Shown here: positions 22,501 through 37,200 of the stretch, piece after piece | How the letters are laid out: the number at the start of each line of letters is the position of its first letter | Position numbering within the stretch: the stretch's first letter is position 1 | Assembly: GCA_050084985.1 (NCBI GenBank) | Contig: JBITNC010000001.1 | Location: 170,376,001-170,440,000 of the forward strand | DNA from: Nageia nagi | Taxonomy: Eukaryota > Plantae > Pinophyta | Direction: 5' to 3' | Length of the DNA: 64,000 nucleotides | Position numbers and translations under genes: made by a program | Notes under the pieces: generated by a model | What the model saw: only the letters and a program-made list of their open reading frames with translations | Databases searched by the model: none | Told to the model about the DNA's origin: nothing

Positions 22501-24000
22501 CACATCATTGCTTATTCTTTATATACTATTATGCATAAAGATATTTTTTGTATTATCATTCTATATTCTTTGTCATATTTCATATATTGGAATCCACCTT
22601 TGTTGTACTTTCATTTTTTTAAATAAGATTTAGATAGAAAGTGTTTGCCAAAGTCACATAATTTCTCACAATGTCAAATGTTTTAAACATACTTTTTCAA
22701 TAATATGCTATGAGTTCTTTTTATGTACACAATAATAAAAAATGTAGTGGTATCATATGAGCATACTAACACTTAATGCAACAATATTACACCAACAAAA
22801 AGGGATATAAAAATACCACCATAGGTGATGAATGAAGGGAAAGTGAAAGGATCAAACAAATACATCAAAAAGCAAAATCCAATGATCTTAGAATTATAGA
22901 AGAATATACTCAAGTATACATAAAGGATGTTCCATTTGATGAAGAAAGTTCTATAACAAGTTCTTCAAGCTTAACAAAATAAATGGTTAGCAAAGAAGTG
23001 CAAACTAATGATAAAACTTAAGAAGATGGATTCAAAACTTTGATAAATTCTAATATAGATCAGAATGAGGATTTCTTCTAGAAAATTATTGGCATACTAA
23101 ATTCAGATTTATAAATTTTTTTAAAGGAAACACCACTATAAGAAAGGGCTTATATGGTACAAGCTTTTAAAGAGGGTGTATAAGTTATGAAATAAAGGCA
23201 ATTATGATATGACCAAAAACTTCTTCAGAGAAGAAAACTCTTAAATGCATACTAACACCATGAAAAATAGGATTTTTGTTTCTCTTCACCAAAATCAATC
23301 TTTCCACACCAAGTGAAAATGGCACAAGTAAAAGACCTCAACATCACCAATGTCAAAAGTTTTAATGATGAAACTAGCATTAACATTGTTATTTTTTAGG
23401 TTGATCTAGGATATAATCTAGTTTTTGGTGTTCCTAAGGAAACTATTACCACTTGTGACAATCAACATAATAATTTCACTATAGAATTTAATGATAAAAT
23501 CATAAATTGAATAACAATAGGAGATATTCTTCATGAAAATACTATAAAAGGAATGAAAATATAAGAAATAGATCTATCTTCTTTAGACAATTCATAAGAA
23601 ATACCATAAATTTCAAATGTAAAGGGCAACAATTATTCTCTTAAGCAAGATAAAAGCTTCATTCATGAGAAAAGCTAATGCAAAATGAAGAAATCCTTAA
23701 TGAAGAAGAAGATGATGATGAAGAAGATGTTGCTTTAGAAGATGAAATAGAACTCTAAGAAGAACTTGACCAAGAAGAGAAGCTTCAAAAATAACTTCAA
23801 AACTTTATAAATGAATTACTACAACCATACTCATATTGGTCACTAGTAGATAATCTTATTAAGTTCAATTACTTCCAACTCAAGGATCACTCATATTTGA
23901 ACACTTTATCAATAAAAGGCAAAATCACTCTCTACAACATATGAATCATCTAATTCAAGGAACATCATGCTAAAAGTATGGGGATATTTTCTCTCAAGGG
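19505..24000 (-). mobile_element. Internally deleted chromovirus-like Ty3/gypsy remnant plus flank, copy 1 of a ~4.5-kb duplication
   Basis: Protease-like IKFQVKNTKIDVIIIYLDSQVNVISKDSMQKFG..HPYLHPYP (21325-21516), gag-like 22123-22314, and vestiges of RNase H (KLYAIV) and integrase near 20.4-20.5 kb. Collinear with 34272-39015. Confidence 0.75.
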
Positions 24001-24329
24001 AAAAACACACATAACAATAATTCTTTAATATATAGTGCATATAAAAAATGATAGAGAAAAGAGAAGAAAAGAATTTCATGCATTGATAGAAAAAGCAATG
24101 ACTACACTTATTAGACGGATTAATGAAGGAAATATTATCAAATGTAGAAAACCACTACTATAATAAAAGGATTTAGCATCAAGGCGAGCATCGTTTTCCC
24201 ATTTTTATTTTTAGTTTCTCATAAGATAATGTTATCGTTGATGCTAAACAACATGTTAAATATAGTGTTGAAGTGCACATCACTCTTCAATTCACCAATG
24301 GTATCATTTTGCATCAAGAATAGAGGTAT

Positions 24330-25000
24330 TTTGTATCATGTTTCAGGTTATTTTTTGTATCATATATTGCATTTCTGATAGCATCATAATTGCATCATAT
24401 ATTATTGTACTAGTAGAGTTGTAATTGTGTTGTATATTGCAATGCTGGTAGAGTCGTAATTGCATCATATATTATGTTTCTATTAGCATCATAATTACAT
24501 TTCTAGTAGATTTGTAATTATGTTGTATATTACATTGCTAATAGCATTGCAATTGCATCATATATTATGATGTTGATAGAGTTGTAATTGCATTGCATAT
24601 TACATTGTTGAAACAGTCGTAATGCATTGTATATTGCATTATTGATAGAGTCATAATTACATCGTATATTACATTGTTGATAAATTCATAATTACATCAC
24701 ATATTGCTTTTTTGATAGAGTCATAATTGCATCATATATTAGATTACTGATAGAGTTGTAATTCTATTGTATATTGCATTAGTGATAGTCATAATTGCAT
24801 TGTATATTACATTGCTAGTAGATTCATAATTGCATCATATATTGTGTTGCTAATAACATCATAATTGCCTCATATATTGCATTGCTAATAAAGTCATAAT
24901 TACATTGTATATTATCTTACTTATAGATTTGTAATTGTGTTATATATTATGTTGTTGATAGCATCATAATGGAGTTGTATATTGCATTTTTAATAGCATC
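24330..25000. repeat. 35-bp degenerate minisatellite, ~19 copies
   Basis: Unit ~gcattgctgatagagtcataattgcatcatatatt; period of 35 at 24385/24420/24455; truncated by the copia LTR at 25001. Confidence 0.9.
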
Positions 25001-28000
25001 CGAAGTTATTAAGCATAAATAAATAAGTGAATTTCTCAAATAAATTAATGGCAATATTGTTCTACATCTCAAATGAAATAATGCAATCAACAATGGAAGT
25101 TCACATATTTACACAACACCTATAACCTTACATAGTATATTAATATCATACTTCAATAGTCTTTACAACTTGAAATGAGGAATAAATACATCCAACAAGT
25201 CATAGTTGACCTTAGATATTCAATTCACATTCTTCTTAAAAAGCAAAAAATGAAAGGATAGACTTTAAAAAATATATAATACTCAATACCAACTAGTAGG
25301 TCAATTAGTTAACCATTAGGTCAGTCCGATAACTAGTTGGTCGATCTCATAGCTGGTCTACGAGTAACCAATTCTCAAACTATACATGAAAGATGAAACT
25401 AGTGAGCTTCAATTTAGGAGTTTTGAGTGTAATTAAGGTTTTGTTACGCCTTGGTAGTCTTTATACTCCCCTTTTCTAATAAGAGGACCAATAATTAGGT
25501 CTCTTAGAAGCATAAATTAGGGTTTAAACATTGCTTTGGTAAAGATATCCACCACTTGATCTTGAGTTGGATAATACCTGAATATCACTAATCCTTTCTC
25601 CATGAAATCTTGAATGAAATGAGTTTTCAAATCAAAGTGCTTTGTTCTAGAATGATGGATATGATTTTTTACTAACTTAATGGCACCTTGGTTATCACCA
25701 AAACTCAAAGTTTCTAATTTTTTCTCCTCTCCAATCTCCTTCAATACCTTCCTCAACCATAATATTACTTGTGTTGATGCACTTGCCATTGCAATATATT
25801 GAACTTCAATACTTGAAAGAGCTATAATGGATTATTTTCTTGAGATCCATGACACCAAAATAGACCCAAGAGAGAAGTAATTCCCACTTGTGCTCTTTTT
25901 ACCATCTAAATTGCTTCACTAATCACTATCATTAAAACCTATGAGCTTGAACTTGGAATTACATGAGTAATAGATTCTAAATTTGATTGTCCCCTTCACA
26001 TACTTGAGTATTCTCTTTGCTTCCTTGAGATGGATAATGGATGGATCACTCATATATCTTGTAAATAATTAAATACTAAATTACAAATCTAATTTTATAT
26101 TTGTTAGAAACATAAGACTTCTAATAATACTTATGTACTCCTTCTTGTTCACTTTAGGTGCTCCATCTTCTCTATAAAGGTGTTCTCCATGGGTTGTAGG
26201 TGTTGGAATAGGAGTGCAATTACCCATTCCAAAATTATTCAACGTATCATGTGCATATTTTAATTAGAACATGAAAATCTCTTCTTTTATTTGATGCACC
26301 TCAAATACAAGGAAGTAGCTCATTAAACCAAGATATTTCATTTTAAACTTAGCCATTATTTGAGTTTTGAATGTTTCATTCATCTTTCTATTGCTTCCCA
26401 TGAAGATAAAGTCCTCTACATACAAACAAAAAACTAAAATATCATATCCATCTTTCTTAAAATACAAAGTAGGCTCACTTACACTTCTTTGAAATCCCAC
26501 ACTTTTGAAGTATCCATCTATTCTTATGTACCAAGCTCTTGGAGCTTGCTTAAGCCCATATAATACCTTCTTGAGCTTGTACACTTGGTTTTATTTTCCT
26601 TGAACCTAAAAACCTTGAGGTTTATCTACATACACCTCTTCATAGATGTACCCATTAAAAATACACTCTTTACATCCATGTGTTGAACTGTCCAATTCTT
26701 TCTTGTACCCAAAGAGAGCACTAATCTTATTGTTTCTTGTCTTGATATAGGTGCAAATGTCTCCTCAAAATCCACATCATACTATTATGTGAATTGTTTT
26801 TCCACTAACCTTTATTTATTTCTTTCAATGATACCATCAATCTTGCATTTTATCTTATACACCCACTTGTAACCGACAACTTTTTTACCCTTGGGTAACT
26901 TATAAAGTTCCCAAGTATGATTTCTTTCAATTGTATCAATATCCTCTTTCATAGCTTGCATCTAAACAATATTAGAACAAGCTTCATCATAAATAAGATG
27001 GCTAAAAAATAATTGCTTCTTTTGAAATAAAATTGTAATTTGAACTAGAAGATTAAAGTGCATAGTTTACCACTTCACCTTTTGGTTCTTCACTATCTTT
27101 GAGCATCTCAATAAAATTGAATATTTTCTAGCCTTGTGACTGGATTTTGTATTTCTTATGTTTGGATCCTTGTGATTCTTCTTATGGTGTTACCATATAT
27201 AATTTGATTTGTTGGGTGATCCTTCAACCATATCCTACCTTGGTTCATCATTTTTACATTGGGTGAGCTTGAGGCACTCACACTTATTGGTGTTGTAAAG
27301 GAGCTAGAGGTTCTTTGTGAGCTTAGAGTGCTCACACTTGATGGCTAAACTTTATTTTTATGATGCGTAACATGTCTGAGCTAAGCATTTTATGATATCT
27401 TATCCTCTAAACTCTCTTTTACAAACACTTTTTGTTGTAATTTTTCATTACCATACTCTCCCTATTCATAAAAAATAGCATCTCTTAAGATAATGGTATT
27501 ATGAGTCTTGGGATTAAAGAATTTATAAGCTTTGGAATGCTCACAATATCCTATAAATACACAAGCTTCAAATTTTGCATCCAAATTTCTCCTCTTTTCA
27601 TCATTAACATGAACATATGCAAGACAACCAAACACCTTCAAGTGTTGTAAATTTGGTTTTCTCTCAAACCAAACTTCATATGGAGTAATTTTATGAAAAT
27701 TTCTTGTAGGAGACTTGTTCAAAATATACACAACTATTGTCACTACTTTAGCCCAATAAAAATTGGATAATTTCTTTCTTTGCATCATGCTTCTTGCCAT
27801 TTTAAGCAAGGTCATATTTTTCCTTTTCACTATACCATTTTATTATGTGTGTAAGGAGAGGTGAGGTGTCTTCTAATGCCATTGTATTTGCAATACTAAA
27901 AGAATTAATTAATACAATACTCTCCCCCTCTATTACTTCTCAAACACTTCATATGATAGCCACTTTTCTTCTCAATAAAACTTCTCCATGCTTTAAAATA

Positions 28001-30236
28001 GTCAAATGCCTCATCTTTGCTTTTAATGAAGTAAGCACAACACATTCTATTGAAATTATAAATGAAAGTGATAAAGTAAGAAGATTTACTAAAAGCATGA
28101 GTTTGCATAGGCCCAAAAATATTGGTATGGACCAATTAGAGAGGGCATTTGGCTATCCATGCTTCTTCCTTTGGAAACTTGCTCGTTTCTTGCTTTCCAA
28201 GTACACATCCCTCACACACTTCTTTGCAATCTTCTACTTGTGGTAGCCCTCTCACCATTTATGAAAGAGTCTTTAAACTTTGAAAATTCAAGTTCACAAG
28301 CCTCATGTGCTAAAGTGTATTTTTATCTTCATTTACCATAAAAATAAAGCCTTAATCCTTATTAAGAAAATTCACTAAAAAGATTCTATTGACAATCATG
28401 TGAACAATAGTAAAAATCCTCCCACCATAGTTTTTATCATATATTTTACACATCCTATCTTCAAACACCAATTTGAAGTTCTTCTCAAGCATTTGACCAA
28501 TACTCAATAAGTTTCATTTCAAATCTGGAACATACTAAATATCTTTTGCCTTCATGGTTCCCTTCTTGGTTGGTACTTGCATCTCTCCTTTACCAACAAT
28601 CCCCAAGCTCTTCTCATCTTCTAACATCACACTTGATTTATAAGAGTAATCAAGTGTAGAAAGTAAGGATAGTTCACTGATCATGTGGTTTAAGCAACCA
28701 TTATCCAAGAGTCATGTCTCATTTTCAAGCTTTTGACGGCTTGCAATTGAAAGAAATAATTATTCTTCTCCATATCCTTGCTCTTCTTATATATTGTGGG
28801 TAGATTTACCTTCATTTTCTTGCTCCAATATATACTCGTGTTCAAAATGACCAAATTTGTTACAATAATAACATTACAAATTTCTCTTAACTTTACCTCT
28901 TTTAAAGAAACTCCCCTTCAATGCATATGTTGGTTCATTTTTAGAACTTTGTTCTATTTCTCTACCTCTTCCAAAAGAGCCTCTTCTTCCACCTCTTATA
29001 GATCTACCTCTTCCTCTTGTTGTCCTTAATTTTATTTGATGGAAAATGCTTGCTAATTACTATTGCTTATTACTATTTTTACTCTTTTCAAAACTCTCTC
29101 TTCATGAGATGTAAGAGAGCCAATTAAATGATCAATTTTCATGGTTGAGAGGACCTTTTTCTCCTCAATTATGATTGTAGAAGAATCATAGTTCTTTGTT
29201 AAATTCTTTAAGACTTTCTTGATGAAAACCTCCTTCTCAATCTTCTCTCCTAGAGTGGTTATTTTATTTAATATGGCTTTCACTCTCACACAATAATATA
29301 TAGCACTCTCCTTATCTACTTGCTTCTAATTTTTGAATTCCCTTCTAAATGTTTGGAGCTTAACCTCTTTTACCTTCAATCTCCCTTGTTAGAATTCTCT
29401 TAATATTGACCATGCTTCTTGGGTTGAAACACATGTTGCAATTTTAGGAAAAGTGCTCTTATCTAGAGCTACTTGGATGAAGGAAAGAGCCATGGATTTC
29501 TTCTTCTTCTTCTTCTCCTTTGTCTCCTCCTTTTCATCTACCTAAAGGCACTCCAATATGTGGGATCACTGTAGCCAACTTATACAATATCCCAATAGCC
29601 TCTTCCCTTCAAGAGAGACTTCATTTGAACACTCCAATACTCGTAGTCACTCCCATCAAAATCTGGAATAGGAATTGTATTTGAGTTTCTTGCCATGTCT
29701 TCTTCTTCTCACTGGACAACTTCTTGAACCTAAACTGATCCAATGAAGGTTTCATACCAAATAAAGTTATTAAATATAAACAAATAAGTGAATTACTCAA
29801 GTAAATCAATAACAATATTATTATACAACTCAAAGGCAATAATGTAATCAATAATGGAAGTTCACATATTTACACAACACCCATAAACTTGCATAGTATA
29901 TTGATATCACACTCCAACAATATTTACAACTTGAAATGAGGAATGGATACATCCAACATGTCATAGGCGACCTTGGCTGTTTAGTTCACATTCTTCTTAC
30001 AATGCAAAAAATAAAGCAAAAAAAAAAGGATGGACTTTAAAAAAAAATGTAATATTTAGTACCAACCAGTAGGTTAGTTAGTTAACCGATAGCTCAATCC
30101 TCTGATCGATTGGCAAGTCTCATAGTCAGTCTGCAAGTAACAAATTCTTAGACTATACATGAAAGATGAAACCGATGAGCTTCAATTTAGGAGTTTTGAG
30201 TGCAATTAAGGTTTTTTAATACCTTGGTAGTCTTCA
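25001..30236 (-). mobile_element. Full-length but degenerate Ty1/copia LTR retrotransposon
   Basis: LTR pair 25001-25463 and 29762-30236 with tgaag...cttca-type ends; degenerate tRNA-Met PBS (tcatacca ~29752-29759); PPT (ctccccttttct at 25466). Domains: gag (29053-29289), integrase (27462-28135), RT (YKLKKVLYGLKQAPRAWY, LYVED; 26264-26584), RNase H (HSRTKHFD; 25517-25789). Possible decayed TSD gcatc/tcatt. Confidence 0.93.
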
Positions 30237-30497
30237 TCATTATTATTTCATTTTGAGACCTTGTTGAGGTGCTTCATTACTAGGTTTTGCATTGGAATTA
30301 GGGTCAGATTTAGGGTCAACAATAGCATTGAGATTAGCATCGAACTTTTTTGTTAAAAATAAATAAATAATTTTATTTATTAATTATTTATTTATTATTA
30401 TTATTTTATTATTTATTTTTTATATGATTTGTGTAATTATTAATTAACTTATTTATTATTAAATTATTAATTAATTAATTAATGTTATTATATGTTT

Positions 30498-31590
30498 TAG
30501 GTGTAAAACCAAACTTTGCAACCTTTGCCAGCATTATTCCATAATGTGCCACCATGGGAACTCTAGAAGAAGGTGTGGACATCCACCAAAGAGTAATTGA
30601 AAATGGTTTTGCATTGAATGTTGTGGTTGTGAGTACCCTAATAGACATGTAAGCAAAATGTGGAAGAATACATAAGGCCAACAAATTATTTGACAAGATG
30701 CATGATGCAAACATAGTTTCATGGATTGCAATGATTGAAGGACATGTAATTCATGGCTACAATAAGGATGACCTTAAACTATTTGATCTGATGAAGCACT
30801 TGGGAACCAACCTTAACAACATAATATTTATATGAGAGTTGTAAATACTTTAATAACATGAGTGACTCTTATTATATTATTCATGGAATGACTCATTATA
30901 CATGCATTGTTGACCTTCTTAATCACATAGGTTAGCTTGAGGAAGCTTTGAACTTCATTATAAAGATGCCCATAAAACCTAAATTGGGTGTGTGAATGTG
31001 TTTGCTTGGTGCTTGTAGACCATGTAAGAATGTAGGAATTGGGGAATTTGTGATAAAATTTTCTTTTTGTTGGAGCCTAAATATGCTCCATTCTATGTTC
31101 TTTCAAATATTTATGCAGAACTGGGTAGCTGGGATGATGATCAAAGAGTAAGGATATTGATGAAAGATAAAGGAATCAAGAAGACATCTAGAAGTAGTTC
31201 GTCTAAAGTTGATAAAAGGGAACATGCTTTTCTTGTACAAATCACAACCACAAACATAGAAGATATATGGAAAATTGGAGAAATTATCGAGTGAGATGAA
31301 GGCATCAGAGTATATTCTAAATACAATACATGTGTTGCATGATGTGGAGGTGGATGATAAATATTTGCTTCTCTGCTAGCATATCAAAAAATTTGGTAGT
31401 TATATTTGGGTTGTTGAAGATTCCTCTTGGAATCGTTATTAGAATTGTGAAGAACCTTCGAATATGCAATGACTACCATACTATAACCAAGTTTATCTCC
31501 AAGATTGTTGCAAGGGAGATTGTTGTGAGGGATGTGAATCAATTTCATCATTTCAAACATGGAGAATGATCTTATAAAGATTATTAGTGA
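30498..31590 (+). pseudogene. PLS-E-DYW PPR pseudogene (C-terminal half)
   Basis: GVKPNFATFASII, LIDM*AKCGRIHKANKLFDKMHDANIVSWIAMI, LEEALNFIIKMPIKP, YVLSNIYAELGSWDD, IRIVKNLRICNDYHTITKFISKIVAREIVVRDVNQFHHFKHGE, ending gat tat tag tga (DY*). Confidence 0.92.
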
Positions 31591-31721
31591 TGCAAAGTAA
31601 TACAATATCTAAAGATTCTTGCATAAATAGACAATGTTGTTGATTTTTGGCATCATATTATCAATTGAATGCAACTACTTATGTATATTGATACCTTAAT
31701 TTTTGATAAGAAAATTATACC

Positions 31722-32760
31722 TCATTTTCATGGGCTGCAATGATCGCATGATATGCATAAAATGGGTTTCTTAAAAAGGCCCTAGAGTCTTTTAAGCAAA
31801 AGCAATTATCAGATGTAAAGCCAAACTTTGTAATCTTTGCCTACTTATTTCTATTATGTACCACCATTAGAGTTCTAGATGAAGGTATGGAGATCCATCA
31901 AAAGTTAGTTTAAAATGGTTTTATATCAAATGTTATGGTTGTGAGTGCCTTGATAGACATGTATGAAAAATGTGAAAGAATACACAAGGCCCAAGAATTG
32001 GTTGACAATATGCATGATGTAAACATAGTTTCATGGACTATAATGAGTGAAGGACACATAATTCATGGCTATAATAAGGACACTCTTAAACTCTTTGATT
32101 TGATGAATCACTTTGAGAACCAACCTTAATAGCATAAGTTTTTTATGTTGTCCTCCATGAGGCTTTGCAGGTCTAGTGGATGAGGGTTGTAAATACTTTA
32201 ATAGCATGAGTGATTCTTATTGAATTATTCTTGAGATGAATCATTATAAATGCATTGTTTACCTTCTTAACCATGCAGGTTATCTTGAGGAAGCTCTGAA
32301 CTTCATTATCAATATACCCATAAAACATGAATTAGGTGTGTGAATGTGTTTGCTTGGTGCATGAAGATCATGTAAGAATGTAGGAATATAGGATTTTTTG
32401 GTAATAATTTTTTTGTTGGAGATTAATATGCTCCATATTATGTTATTCTTTCAAATATTTATGCTGAAGTGTGTAGTTGGGATGATGCATAAAGAGTAAG
32501 AATGTTGATGAAATAATCAAGAAGAGACCTGGATGTGGTTTTATTAAACTTGACAAAAGGGTATATGATTTTCTTGTAGGAGAAGGATCACATCCATAAA
32601 CTTGGGAGATATATGAAAAATTGGAGAAATTATCGAGTTATATGAAGATAATAAGGTATAATACAAGTATAATAGCTATTTTGTGTGATGTGGAGGCTAA
32701 TGATAAAGAATTGCTTCTCTATCAAGATAGTGAAAATTTGGTGATTGGATCTAAGTTGTT
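31722..32760 (+). pseudogene. PPR pseudogene (P-L-S-P2-L2-S2-E-E+, truncated in DYW)
   Basis: VVSALIDMYEKCERIHKAQELVDNMHDVNIVSWTIM (ORF 31935-32129), AGLVDEGCKYFNSMSDSY, LCDVEANDKELLLYQDSENL; many TGG>TGA-type stops. Confidence 0.9.
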
Positions 32761-33447
32761 CAAGGCTCTCGACTTTGATCAAATGAAGTACTTGGAACCA
32801 ACTCTAACAACATGACCTTTGTATGTGTTCTACTTACACGCAACCATGCAAGTCTTATGTATGAGGGTTGTAAATCCTTTAATAGTAAGAGTTACTCTTA
32901 TTGCATTATTCTTGAGATGAATCATTATACATGCGTTATTGACCTTCTTGGTTAAATTGTAGGATATCTTGAAGGAGCTTTGAACTTAATTGTCAAGATT
33001 CCCATAAGAACTAAGTTGGAATTATGTATGTGTCTGCTTGGTTCTTGTCAATCATATAAAAACATAGGAATAGGGGAATTCATGGCAACAAGTATTTTTT
33101 TGTTGGAGCCTAAATATGATCCATCTTATGTTCTTCTTTCAAATATTTATGTTGAAGCAGGCAATTGGGATGATGTTAAAAGAGTAAGGACATTTATGCA
33201 AGATAAAAGAATCAAGAATATACCTGGATGTAGTTGAGCTGAAGTTGACAAAAGGGTACATGATTTTCTTATAAGAGATAAATCATAACTAAAAATATAG
33301 AGTTGTGAAGAACTTTTGAGTATGCAAATACCACCATATTGCAACCAATTTTATCTCTAATATTGTTGCAAGGGGCATGGTTGTGAGGGATGCGAACAAA
33401 TTTCATATGTCAAACATGGAGAATGTTCTTATGGAGATTATTGGTGA
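32761..33447 (+). pseudogene. PPR-DYW pseudogene with internal E+/DYW deletion
   Basis: LNLIVKIPIRTKLELCMCLLGSCQSYKNIGIGE..YVLLSNIYVEAGNWDDVKRVR..IPGCS (ORF 32980-33237), a jump to RVVKN, and an intact GDYW-stop at 33433-33447. Confidence 0.9.
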
Positions 33448-33458
33448 TGCAAAGTAAT

Positions 33459-33720
33459 GCACAAGATGAGTTTTTGGAAAATTCCTCAAAGACTTTTAAG
33501 AAGATGCAATTATCAAGTGTAAAACTCGACTCTACAACCTTTTCCAACATTCTTTTAGCATGTGCCACCATGGGAGCTCTAAAAGAATGTATAGACATCA
33601 ATCAAAGAGTATTTGAAAATGGTTTTCCATTGAATAATGTTATTTTGAATGCCCTGATATACGTGTATGAAAAATATGGAAGCATAAATAAGGCACATGA
33701 ATTATTTCATAATACTAAAT
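33459..33720 (+). pseudogene. PPR fragment (P-L-S) fused directly after a DYW stop
   Basis: KTFKKMQLSSVKLDSTTFSNILLACATMGALKECIDINQRVFENGF..LNALIYVYEKYGSINKAHELF. Confidence 0.85.
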
Positions 33721-34271
33721 TTTGAACACTCAAACACATTCAACATATTAAAAATAATAAACATAAGTGCATCAAACACTAAATAAGTGCACCAAGAGTC
33801 ATTTCTCATAAGTGCATCAAATACTCAAAAACCAAATATCATAAAAAAGTGCATCAAGAGTCATTTCTCTCTACATCCTCAATCCCCATCTTGAGAAGAT
33901 TCACCCTAATTATACTCACTATCATCATCATTATCATTAGCAACATCGTCATGGGCAACATCATTAGAAGCACCATCATTGGCACCATCAACACCAATAC
34001 CATCGCATATCATCACTTATGATATTGAATTAGATTCCTACAAATAATCAAATAAAATTTTTAGTAAAAATAAAATAAAAAACTATAAATCTTATTCATA
34101 CTTATAATTGAATCACTATAGGGAAATTAAAATAGTACTAATTACTTACTCCATTATCCAATAAACTTTGCAACTTCTCCCACCCATTCTGGACACTAAT
34201 TGCAATTTTGCATCTATTAGAGGATGGTTATATCTTTCCACCGACAAAAACTAATTAAATGTAGCCCAAAT

Positions 34272-37200
34272 ACATACAACCTGTCTGAGGCAAAAGGGCA
34301 TAGCCCCCTTTTTTATTTCAGTTATTTATCTATTTTAGAGGGATATGTTGTTATTTGTTGTAGAGGGACATGTTGTTTTAGTATAATACCCTACTAACAT
34401 TAATCATCCAAATGAGGGATTTTGTTGGAATGATCTATTTTCCATTAACTTGTATAATGAGATAAGATAGAGGAAATAAATTCTCAAATCCATGGAGTCT
34501 TTTGTATAGCAAGGGGATCTTTATTATATATCATACTATTTTTATTCAATGTTTAATTGGCCAAATAATTAGCTACTTTTCTTTTCCATAGGAATATATT
34601 AAAATAAGAAACTCTCATATTGATTATAAAAAAAAAAAAGTAAAAGTAAAGCCAACATTTAATATTCTTCAAATTTATTGGTTTCCAAGACTTATCAAGA
34701 TTTTTTAAATATTACCAATGTTGGAGGTGGAAATTGAACTAGATACCTTCATTGTGGATACCTTCACACCTCACCTATATCCCAACTCTCCTAATAAGAA
34801 GTGATGGTAATAGATAATATTTGCAAGGATTCTCTTCATATTTCAAGCTTAAGGAAGGGAATGAGGAAAATCCTCCAACCATTGGATTAAAAGTTGTGAT
34901 TCCTATATTATTATAATCTTAGAGGACCTAAAATAATATTTGTGAATATACTTGGTTATTAGAAAACTATGCCCCTATTAAAAGAGCTTTTTAAAATAGG
35001 GTCCCAAATATTGAATTACAAATTATTAAGCAATTATTTTAAATACAACCTAAGATACAACATTTAAAGAAGCTAGAAAGAACCTTTATAGTATTTGTTG
35101 CAATCTAATATTAGAGTACCATTGAATAATTTCCTCTTTCTTTTTTTATATTGTCTTTGCTCACAAAAAAAATTAAGGAAATAACTTTTGAGTCTAGTTT
35201 GTAGGATGAGTGGTTCCCTCAACTTCTCTGTAATTATTTTCATAACTTTTCCAATAACCAAGCATCCCCCAACAAGTTACACAAGGGAGTATATATTTCA
35301 ATTTAACAATGTTTGTTCTACTAAAATAACCTTATAAATTTCCAAATGATTTTAATAATAACTCTAACAACTTTATCTTATTCAATTTAACTATGCAACT
35401 CTTTGCCTACCATACAATGATATACAAGTTCTACTTTTGTACATGAGTGGAGAAGTCTAGGTAAAACTATTGGCTTTTTAATTCACCTTCTAAGTCTTCA
35501 TTCAATTTATTCTTTATATGTTACCTTACTACACAATTTTCAATACATTGGTGTATTGTACAATTTTGGTATGTTGTCATACAATATTTAAGGAGTAATT
35601 ACTTTAAATATCACTCAAACATAAGAATCCTCAAAATATTCACTCTAATGATACCTAATATATATTATCTATTCCATTTCATATCACACCTCCCTAATGA
35701 TGAGGCATTTGGTCTCTAAATACTTAGAGAAAATAAGGTTGTTATATTTAAATAATGGTCCCCAAAGTAGCTCCATACCATTCCTCTCCCTATAGTTTAT
35801 ATACTGCAATAATCCATAGATTCCATGGTATAAATCCTCAACAAGGTACGAATGGTGAATAACATCCTCCATGACCTTGTACTCCTTTTCTTTTTACCTT
35901 CTTATTCTACTTATAATAAAAAGCTTTCTTCACCTTGGAATTCTTCATAAATTTTGATCACATTGTTTCTGAATTGATGATTTTTTATCCTCTTGGTTCT
36001 TTATTGTGTAAATATTAGATTTTTGAAGCATTAATCAATCTTTTCATTTACACCATTATGATAGTATGATTTCCACTTTTTCTCATATGATACCTTACAA
36101 TAAATTATCTACCATCCTTAATAACATGGTACTTTATCCTTTCTATAATAAATAATATTCTTATATAAAAATAAGGAACTCTTACTAATATTCTAGCAAC
36201 ATCAAGAGCTATAACATCTAGTTCAACCTCACCAATGAAATCAACATTAATGAAAAATCTTAGTCTACATTATATGTGACTTGCATCTTGGTCTTACTAT
36301 TTATGCCCTTCCAAGTATATGTAAATAAGGATGAGTCACCAATCCAAATTTCTACACCAATTCCTCTAAAATCATATTCATTTGAGAACCAAGATAAAAA
36401 AATAATATCAATCTTTATCATTTTTACTTGGAATTTGATGTACAATAGTTGAACCTTTTTCTTCTTCTATTCACCCTCTATAAATTAACATCTTATGGCC
36501 ATATAATTGAGACTATCTTAAACATTTGAGGTACTATAAATTTCCTCATAAATATCTCTTTTCCCATATATTCATGCATTATGAAGCCTTGACACACTAT
36601 TTTTCTTCTCATCCTCTCCCTGAAACTTTTTAATTTCTTCTTAAACCATTTTGGTCTAAGTTATAGATGTAGATACCAACACTTATCATCATTGTGTACC
36701 TCTTTATTACAATTTGAGAACAAGATTTGTTACTCTTCTTTATATGTTGTGGCATTGACTTTGTCCTTCTCTTATAAATTCTTCTTGGGATTTTTATCCT
36801 CATTTTTGGACTTCTCATGAGCCTTAAAACAAATTTGATCCAAAGTTGAAGGATTACAAATCAATATTATATGATAGAGACAAAAGTTTTTTTGGTTTTT
36901 GTTGACACTTAATTTAGACCCCCCTAGCATCTTTAATTAACTATTTTGTAATGATGTTTTCCTTATATTGTCCCACTTGAGCACTTTCTCATATAATATT
37001 ATATATTATTATGCAAGGTATACTAGCATCAACACTAGCTTGCAGGCATGCATTATGGTGGTTCTCTTGCATATATAAACATGAGCATGTTAAATGAGAA
37101 AGCTAATGAATATTTCATCTCGATAGTTTGTACCACCTATGAATTAGATATTTCTTAACACCCACCACCTTTTGAGATTGGGACCTTGTTATCACTCAAA

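Noticed and set aside
19505-24000. Endogenous caulimovirid (pararetrovirus)
   Set aside because: The protease and gag resemble Ty3/gypsy; no movement protein or caulimovirid RT was seen.
30498-33720. Functional PPR-DYW editing factor gene
   Set aside because: Multiple in-frame stops, frameshifts and deletions in every copy; the HSE motif is lost or mutated.
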